Assembly (NCBI GenBank): GCA_964230555.1
Contig: CAXRIX010000178.1
Span: 141 to 64,140, forward strand
Direction of reading: 5' to 3'
Source: Bdellovibrionales bacterium
Lineage (GTDB): Bacteria > Bdellovibrionota > Bdellovibrionia > Bdellovibrionales > JAGQZY01
DNA: 64,000 bases
Below the pieces are notes generated by a model that searched no databases, was not told where the DNA came from, and worked only from the letters and a program-made list of their open reading frames with translations. Below, piece by piece: positions 57,782-64,000 of this stretch; position 1 is the first letter of the stretch; every line of letters begins with the position of its first letter. The position numbers and the translations under genes were made by a program.

Positions 57782-58933
57782 ATGGACTTTTTAATTGTAG
57801 TGATGCCGGGGTTTGCACTGGGGTGCAGTCTTATTATGTTTGGCCTAATGGCTGGGCAACTTTTTTTATACAATAAGAATGGTAATAAGCGCTCACGTGA
57901 TCTCGCTATTTTTTGTTTAGTAACGGGCTTATTTTCGTTACTTGAGGCGATCTTTCATTCGCGGTCCATCTCGATCACCCTATTTAAATATCTGTGTGAG
58001 GCGGGCTTTCCGGTTATCTTTTTGGCGTCAATTTTTTATCTGAGATCCATGACCTACTTTATCATCGTTCCGCGTTGGGTGCGTCGATCATTTTATTACG
58101 GCCAGGGGGGCCTAGCCTTTTTGGCAACCCTCCCGATTTTACATCTATTAATTTTCGGAACGTCGATTTTTGTTAACGAAGCCAATAAAGTAGAGACGGG
58201 GAACTACTTTATGGACACCTACTCGATGACACTGGGTAAAACCTATGCCTTTCCTCACATCATACTTTCATTATCCAGTGTTTTAAACATTCTCCTTGCC
58301 TTCGTGATGCTTTTTAGAATTCGAGAGAGTTCACGGGACTATATCTTAATCACTGGTTTGGTTTTCACAATTGTTGCTTCAGGAACAGAAATGCTTTTAC
58401 TGCCATTCACCGTCCAGTTTTTCGTTCCGGTTTTGTTTTTAAGTAATTTTTTTGAAGCCTTTAGAATGAATTATCTGGTTTTCAGCGAAGAATCTGAGGA
58501 GGATGTTGAGGAAAAGCCCAGGGAGGAACGATCAGAGAGTTACAAAGAAGCCAGTATTGACGAGCAAAGGATTGCGCAATTGGCCGCTCGCCTGAATCAA
58601 CTGGTGAAGTCAGAAAGCCTTTATCGAGATCCCAATCTCAATCTGGCTCGACTGGCCTCACACTTGAAAATACCCTCTTACCTGTTGACCCAGGTTTTGC
58701 GATTCGGTTTGAATACCAATTACTATGAATACATTAGTGAATTTCGGATTGAGGATGTAAAAGCTAAAATGCAGTCTGCTGAATACAAGCATCTGTCCAT
58801 TATTGAAATTGCCTATTCGGCTGGTTTTAATTCAAAGTCTTCTTTTAACGTCGCCTTTAAAAAACAAACCAACATGACCCCTAAACAGTTTCGTCAGAAA
58901 ATAGCTGCCGGCGAGCCTCAGCAGTCGATTTAA
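57782..58933 (+). CDS. membrane-bound AraC/XylS family transcriptional regulator
   Basis: About 6 N-terminal TM helices. C-terminal HTH_18 block IIEIAYSAGFNSKSSFNVAFKKQTNMTPKQFR. Confidence 0.85.
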   Translation: MDFLIVVMPGFALGCSLIMFGLMAGQLFLYNKNGNKRSRDLAIFCLVTGLFSLLEAIFHSRSISITLFKYLCEAGFPVIFLASIFYLRSMTYFIIVPRWVRRSFYYGQGGLAFLATLPILHLLIFGTSIFVNEANKVETGNYFMDTYSMTLGKTYAFPHIILSLSSVLNILLAFVMLFRIRESSRDYILITGLVFTIVASGTEMLLLPFTVQFFVPVLFLSNFFEAFRMNYLVFSEESEEDVEEKPREERSESYKEASIDEQRIAQLAARLNQLVKSESLYRDPNLNLARLASHLKIPSYLLTQVLRFGLNTNYYEYISEFRIEDVKAKMQSAEYKHLSIIEIAYSAGFNSKSSFNVAFKKQTNMTPKQFRQKIAAGEPQQSI

Positions 58934-59102
58934 AAACTGATTCCGTTTCGCATTCTTTCAGATTCTCACAACTTGCATCGTTGGCAATTGTCAATCAATG
59001 ACACTCGACTGTCAATTTTCGGCCGCAGTAGAAGTAACCCTGTTGAAGCTCTCATTTTGATACAAAAAATGAATCAAGTTGAAACACTTTTGGCAAAATC
59101 CA

Positions 59103-59118
59103 TGGCGCTTAAATTGCA
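59103..59118 (+). promoter_or_regulatory. sigma-54 (-24/-12) promoter candidate TGGCGC-TTAAA-TTGCA
   Basis: GG at 59104-05 and GC at 59116-17 have the canonical spacing. Lies 34 nt upstream of the ATG at 59152. Confidence 0.5.
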
Positions 59119-59151
59119 CTCTTTTTTATTGAACACATAGGGGAGAGGACG

Positions 59152-59916
59152 ATGGCTAAAATTATAATTCCTTTTATAGTTCTATTCAGTTTAAAGGGCT
59201 GGTCACAACAAACGGTCGGTGAAGCGGACTACCAGGAGATTGTGCAAGCGTCACGCTTGGTCGTCGGTTTTTTAGACAATGGCTTAACGGCAGAGGAAGT
59301 CTTTGCTGATGGCAATTCTTGCTCGAACATTCATAGTGAAGAGGCCATTGTTGAGAGAGTGCGCTGTGAGGAAAGACTGATTCGGCAGGCGGAAGCGGCC
59401 TCCGCCGTAACGGTTGCCAACCAATTACCCATCAACGATTGTCGAGGACCTGTGATGATTATGGCATCGGTGTCGGCCTTTGAACGTTCACGTTACAATC
59501 GTGGCCAAGGAAGTGTCATGTCGCGAGAGACCCAACGTGCCCGCTCCCTGTATCGAGCCATTATAAACCATTGCCCTAACAGCCAATTGGGTTTTGAAAA
59601 CGTTCTTCCTTACATTAATGGCGAGGACCTTTTTAGTTTAAGAGAAATTGTCGATGGCGTTCGTTGCAATCAAACCTCATTGTATCGTCTGGGGCATTGG
59701 TTTCGGGGACGCCAGGATCAAACTTTGGTGGAGTATTCTCAAGTTCAGCGACATACCTATTACGACTCTGAAACCCAAAGGCGCTTGTTTGAAGAGCGCA
59801 ATCAACGGTTAAATCAAATTCAATCAGCCATTGAAGAAAAATGTGGTCTGGCATTAGAGAGAAATACTGAGATGGAGCAGAGTTATAGCGAAGGTGCTGT
59901 ACCCACTTCACTGTAA
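59152..59916 (+). CDS. hypothetical secreted protein
   Basis: GGGGAGAGGA RBS. Signal peptide MAKIIIPFIVLFSLKGWS. Several Cys residues. Confidence 0.5.
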   Translation: MAKIIIPFIVLFSLKGWSQQTVGEADYQEIVQASRLVVGFLDNGLTAEEVFADGNSCSNIHSEEAIVERVRCEERLIRQAEAASAVTVANQLPINDCRGPVMIMASVSAFERSRYNRGQGSVMSRETQRARSLYRAIINHCPNSQLGFENVLPYINGEDLFSLREIVDGVRCNQTSLYRLGHWFRGRQDQTLVEYSQVQRHTYYDSETQRRLFEERNQRLNQIQSAIEEKCGLALERNTEMEQSYSEGAVPTSL

Positions 59917-60009
59917 ACGCAAAGTGAGCTCTCAGACTTTCTGCTTTGAGTCACAGCGAATATCAAGCGCTGGTTGACCCATCAGGCAATACCGTTGAAA
60001 ACCAAACCT

Positions 60010-60774
60010 ATGAAGATATTAAGTTGGAACGTCAATGGTATTCGTGCCTGTAGTAAAAAGGGCTTTTTAGATTGGTTTGCAGACGAGAAGGCCGACATTG
60101 TTTGTTTGCAAGAGGTTAAAGCCACTCCGGAACAGTTAGAGGAGAGCCTACGCAATCCATTAAATTATCATGCCCTGTGGAATCCAGCGAAAAAGTTGGG
60201 TTACAGCGGAACCGCTATTTTTTCGAAGAAAGAGCCACTGGAAGTGAAGTACGGATTGGGAATCAAGGAACTAGATAATGAAGGTCGTGTTATCATTGCA
60301 AAGTTTCCAAAGTTTACGGTCGTGAATTCCTATTTTCCGAACAGCAAGCGCGATCACTCGCGTTTGCCCTTGAAGCTTGAGTTCTGTAGCAAGTTTTTGC
60401 AAGAGATGGATAAATTGCGTAAGCAAGGTGAGAACCTTGTGATGTGTGCTGACTGGAATATCGCTCATCAAGAGATCGATCTTAAGAATCCAAAAACCAA
60501 CAAAAAGAACGCCGGATTTCTCCCTGAAGAAAGAGCCTGGATGACTGAGTTCATTGAGGCCGGTTATTTTGATACCTTTCGCCATTTCGAACCCGAGGGT
60601 GGGCACTACACCTGGTGGAGCTACCGACCGGGTATTAGAGAAAGAAATGTGGGGTGGCGATTGGATTACTTTATGATGAATGAAGAGGCCAAGGGCCGCT
60701 TGAAGCAGGCCTACAACCAACCTGGTGTCATGGGATCCGATCACTGCCCGGTGGCGATTCATCTAAAGTCGTAG
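60010..60774 (+). CDS. xth: exodeoxyribonuclease III (AP endonuclease)
   Basis: MKILSWNVNGIRA, CLQEVK, NSYFPNS, CADWNIAH, GWRLDYF, GSDHCPV: all ExoIII/EEP signature blocks. Confidence 0.95.
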   Translation: MKILSWNVNGIRACSKKGFLDWFADEKADIVCLQEVKATPEQLEESLRNPLNYHALWNPAKKLGYSGTAIFSKKEPLEVKYGLGIKELDNEGRVIIAKFPKFTVVNSYFPNSKRDHSRLPLKLEFCSKFLQEMDKLRKQGENLVMCADWNIAHQEIDLKNPKTNKKNAGFLPEERAWMTEFIEAGYFDTFRHFEPEGGHYTWWSYRPGIRERNVGWRLDYFMMNEEAKGRLKQAYNQPGVMGSDHCPVAIHLKS

Positions 60775-60777
60775 ACC

Positions 60778-61344
60778 ATGATTGTTTTTCGTTGGCTTGT
60801 TCGATTTATTTTTAAAATGTCTGGATGGCAGGTCGAAGGGGACAGACCTGCGGGCTTGCAGCAGGCGGTCTTGGTGGGAGCCCCCCATACATCAAATTGG
60901 GATCTCTTTTACACTTTGGGTCTGATGTACACATTGAATTTGAAATTTCGATTTTTAATCAAGAGTGAGGCTTTGGTTTTTCCCTTCACAAGTATTTTGC
61001 ACGCGATGGGCGCATTTCCAGTGGAGAGAAAGAGGTTGGGGGCCAACTCTGTTGAGCAGATTGCGAAAGTCTTTGAGGATGGTCAGGAGTGTTTTTTGTG
61101 TATTGCCCCAGAGGGAACTCGCAAGCCTGTGCAAACCTGGAAGACAGGTTTTTACCATATTGCTCGCGCCGCTAAAGTACCTATTCTTGTCGGTTTTTTG
61201 GATTGCCAACAAAAAAAGGTTCATATCGGAGACATCATTGACTCCGCACTGTCAGAAGCCGAGGTTATGGGTCGGTTGAAGGTTCTGCTTGAAAAAGCTC
61301 ATGCCAAAAAGCCAGAAAATTTCGTCTTACCTCAGACGTTTTAG
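60778..61344 (+). CDS. lysophospholipid (PlsC-like) acyltransferase family protein
   Basis: HxxxxD motif in GAPHTSNWD. Block APEGTR. Confidence 0.8.
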   Translation: MIVFRWLVRFIFKMSGWQVEGDRPAGLQQAVLVGAPHTSNWDLFYTLGLMYTLNLKFRFLIKSEALVFPFTSILHAMGAFPVERKRLGANSVEQIAKVFEDGQECFLCIAPEGTRKPVQTWKTGFYHIARAAKVPILVGFLDCQQKKVHIGDIIDSALSEAEVMGRLKVLLEKAHAKKPENFVLPQTF

Positions 61345-61363
61345 CTGACAGCGGAGGACGTCT

Positions 61364-61732
61364 TTAACGTAAAGTTCTTTCGCAGTCGTCAAGGCTGTGG
61401 ACTTCGAGATCCGATAGAGCGATCAGTTTTTGATTTCGCTTTTTTTCACTCTCGTTATTTTCCGTCAGCTGTTTTGGAGACTTTCTAGAGAGAATTTTGA
61501 GGTCATTCATCGACCCATTTTTTATTATCGCTTTCAGTGCGCATTGGCATATTGTTCGGGCATTCTTTAAAGAATGTTTTTTCTGAACTCTTTGGTGGCA
61601 GAAAGTCAGATAATTTTGGCGAATCACTTTTTCATTTTTTTCAGGACTGGGATTTTTCTTGTCTGCGCTCAATTTGGCATGGCCGATAGCCGTGGACAAC
61701 ATGACAGCAGACAATAGAATTACAATTCTCAT
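61364..61732 (-). CDS. small secreted Cys-containing basic protein, translationally coupled to the M23 peptidase
   Basis: ATGA overlap with the upstream stop. MRIVILLSAVMLSTAIGHA signal peptide. Confidence 0.5.
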   Translation of the reverse strand: MRIVILLSAVMLSTAIGHAKLSADKKNPSPEKNEKVIRQNYLTFCHQRVQKKHSLKNARTICQCALKAIIKNGSMNDLKILSRKSPKQLTENNESEKKRNQKLIALSDLEVHSLDDCERTLR

Positions 61733-62346
61733 ACTTCGACTCCTTGAGATTGATCGACACTTGGACCGGCTGGACAATTTCTTTGAATGTCGCCCTGAAA
61801 AAAGTTTTGTGGATCAATGGGAACACCACCAATTCTGACTTCATAGTGAAGATGAGGCCCAGTGCTTCGTCCTGTGCTTCCGCAGTAACCAATAATATCG
61901 CCGGCCTGAACTCGGGTTCCAGATCTTACAGCAATTCGGGATAAATGAGAGTAACTGGTTTCAATATCACTTTCAGGGTTGTAGCCACTGGTACCGCCGG
62001 CCAACATGACAAGGCTTGATCGAACGATCTCGACACGGTTGCCGTAGGCCCCTTGGGTGCCTGCGAACCGTACCACTCCAGATGACGAGGCTCTAATTGG
62101 AAAGCCGGGGGAGCAGGCGAAATCATGTCCGGCGTGCATTCTTCCCCAACGGGGGCCGAACCCACTTGTGGTCCGGCAGTTGGTGCACCCGCAAATCGGA
62201 GAAATCAGTTGTCGGCTTGCAGCCGAGCTCAATTGACTGGCTTGTTCAGGCGCCCGCGGTGGTAAAGCTTCGGCGTTGTGTAACGTGAAAATGGCGATTA
62301 AAAACAGTCCAGCTAAAAACGATAAAGTCATTTTGGAAATAAGCAC
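61729..62346 (-). CDS. M23 (LytM-type) peptidoglycan metalloendopeptidase
   Basis: Signal peptide. HAGHDFA (HxxxD) and GSTGRSTGPHLHYEVRIGGVPIDP (HxH). Confidence 0.85.
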   Translation of the reverse strand: MLISKMTLSFLAGLFLIAIFTLHNAEALPPRAPEQASQLSSAASRQLISPICGCTNCRTTSGFGPRWGRMHAGHDFACSPGFPIRASSSGVVRFAGTQGAYGNRVEIVRSSLVMLAGGTSGYNPESDIETSYSHLSRIAVRSGTRVQAGDIIGYCGSTGRSTGPHLHYEVRIGGVPIDPQNFFQGDIQRNCPAGPSVDQSQGVEV

Positions 62347-62482
62347 TTTTCAACGTCCCTGTAAAAAAGAGTTCATTATTCTCATCCTTAATACTGCCAT
62401 TGGCCCCAGCAAAACACCAGACGATTTGAGGCGATGGGGTCACAACGAAATCAGGCAAAGTGCCCTCTGGCTCAAGGTCCTG

Positions 62483-62926
62483 ATGGAGCGCAAGAAAGCT
62501 TTAAAACATGAGATTAGAAAGGTCTTTGCCTTCAATAAGGGGTGTGCTATTCGATGGGATATGGACACAGATTTTTTTGAAAGTCACTCCCACTCTGTGG
62601 ATAATCAGGGTCAAAAACGAACCTGGCAGGTCAAGAGATTGTGGGAGTTGACTCGCGATTTTCCCCGATTCCAATACCGAGTTTCGTCATTCGACAAGTT
62701 CGATGAGGATCTATGGTTTTGTGGCGTCAACAAGCCAACCGTCGGCCGCGTGTTGGAGCACATGCAAAGAATCGAAACGGCCGATCTTAAATATCCAATT
62801 ATTTTAAGCGAAGACGGACGGGTTATGGATGGTGTTCATCGAATATTGAAGGCACGTCGACTTGGACAGGAGTGGGTGAGTGCCGTGCAGTTTGAAATCA
62901 ATCCGAAACCGGATCATGTAGAATGA
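62483..62926 (+). CDS. ParB/Srx-fold (ParB-like nuclease domain) protein
   Basis: Block PIILSEDGRVMDGVHRILKARRLGQEWVSAV carries the DGxHR signature. The tracked start at 62276 overlaps the M23 gene, so ATG 62483 is preferred. Confidence 0.5.
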   Translation: MERKKALKHEIRKVFAFNKGCAIRWDMDTDFFESHSHSVDNQGQKRTWQVKRLWELTRDFPRFQYRVSSFDKFDEDLWFCGVNKPTVGRVLEHMQRIETADLKYPIILSEDGRVMDGVHRILKARRLGQEWVSAVQFEINPKPDHVE

Positions 62927-63762
62927 TCTCTGATAAACCGACGTCCCCGATTTTTGAAATTGTTAAAACAACCTTAGGTGTCACTTCAATTCGTAACAAC
63001 GTAGTGAATGAAGTTATGCATGCTCCGTTAGGCCCTTGGCATGAAGCCAATGAGCTTTACGTCAAGCAGTCGGGTTTGCAGGCAAGGCTTAAGCAAGGCT
63101 CTACCGAGGAATTTGTTATTTATGACGTGGGCCTGGGGGCGGCGGCCAATGCGTTGGCTGCGTTGGAGTGTGCAAAAAAGTGCGATCAACCTCTGCGCCT
63201 GGTAAGCTTTGAAGTCGACCTGCGTTTGTTAGAGTTTGCTTTGGCTCACAGTCACGAATTTGAACACTTCAAAGGCTATGAAAAGGCGATTGAATCTCTG
63301 CTCCAACATAAAGAATGGAATGAGGGCTTGGTGATTTGGCAACTCTTTGAAGGCGATTTCCTGAAATGCATTGATCATGTGAAACACAAATGTCATTTGG
63401 TTTTTTATGACCCTTATTCCCCAAAGCAGAATCAAGAGATGTGGACCACAAACTGTTTTAAAAAACTGAAAGCCAAGTGCCACGATGACGCCACTTTCTA
63501 TAACTACAGCCAAGCCACTCCAATTCGCGCCGCTTTATTGGAAGCGGGTTTTTATGTCGGTTATGGTCAAGCCATCGGTGAGAAAGAGACCACAACCCAA
63601 GCCGCCTGCCGCCTAAAGGACTTAGACCACCCATTGGATGAGCGTTGGTTTCAGCGTTGGAGTCGCTCGGACACGCCGTTCCCACCCTTATGCAAAGATA
63701 AAGACGCACTCAAAGAGCGCATAAGACAGCACGAACAATTTAGAGCCTTTAATCTTAAATAA
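62923..63762 (+). CDS. MnmC-type (DUF752/Methyltransf_30-like) SAM-dependent methyltransferase homolog
   Basis: ATGA overlap with the upstream gene. Blocks VFYDPYSPKQNQEMWT and ATFYNYSQATPIRAALLEAGFYV resemble the MnmC methyltransferase domain (DAWFLDGF.P.KNP.MW / ..T.T.A..VR..L..AGF.V). Confidence 0.65.
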   Translation: MISDKPTSPIFEIVKTTLGVTSIRNNVVNEVMHAPLGPWHEANELYVKQSGLQARLKQGSTEEFVIYDVGLGAAANALAALECAKKCDQPLRLVSFEVDLRLLEFALAHSHEFEHFKGYEKAIESLLQHKEWNEGLVIWQLFEGDFLKCIDHVKHKCHLVFYDPYSPKQNQEMWTTNCFKKLKAKCHDDATFYNYSQATPIRAALLEAGFYVGYGQAIGEKETTTQAACRLKDLDHPLDERWFQRWSRSDTPFPPLCKDKDALKERIRQHEQFRAFNLK

Positions 63763-64000
63763 AAAAACTCGGAACCAGTGGTAGAGGTCGTTCACAAGAA
63801 TGGCGCTTGTATGTTTGTAGATGAGATCACGTTCTTTCAATCTTGAAATGAATCATTGAAACAAAAGGCGAGCGAACCCAATGGACCGATGGGTGCATTG
63901 GTGTCATCAGGGTTTGTTCAAAGAGTCTCTGCCACAAAGTAAAATCTGTTATTGAAGTTTTTCAAAAAGTTTTAGGCCGATCCAAGCGTCGGTGGCGGCG

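Noticed and set aside
63949-64000. Possible 3' end of a minus-strand gene (..AATDAWIGLKLFEKLQ*) at the window edge
   Set aside because: Only 17 codons are visible, too little to support a feature call.

Overview
Densely coding 64-kb chromosomal segment of moderate GC with about 68 protein-coding genes on both strands. I recognised no rRNA, tRNA, CRISPR array, transposase, integrase or phage genes. The content includes many signal-peptide and lipoprotein ORFs, M23 and LAS/MepA-like peptidoglycan hydrolases, type IV pilin-like genes, a PilZ protein, a Hanks-type kinase and two TonB-dependent receptors. It resembles a Bdellovibrio/Bacteriovorax-like Gram-negative, but that taxonomic guess is inference only. 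Well-supported calls are pepN, ilvE, xth, slyX, a DEAD-box helicase, an ABC-F ATPase, an OmpR/histidine-kinase pair, TetR, LysR and AraC regulators, and a clear TPP riboswitch in front of a TonB-dependent receptor. Items most worth a second look: (1) a TetR-divergent locus (17.83-18.17 kb) with no credible protein gene but three tandem stem-loops with covarying stems, an invariant G-rich loop and an intrinsic terminator, a candidate structured sRNA; (2) a translationally coupled trio of pilin-like genes whose first member carries a roughly 190-residue Ala/Ser-rich, GC-rich tail with an acidic end; (3) an overlapping four-gene operon of a two-subunit LigB-type dioxygenase, a divergent asparaginase-II-family protein and RidA; (4) a four-gene overlapping operon of a secreted protein, an imelysin-like lipoprotein, a TonB receptor and a membrane di-iron oxygenase. 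All functional calls rest on motifs read by eye, with no database search, so family assignments need HMM/BLAST confirmation.
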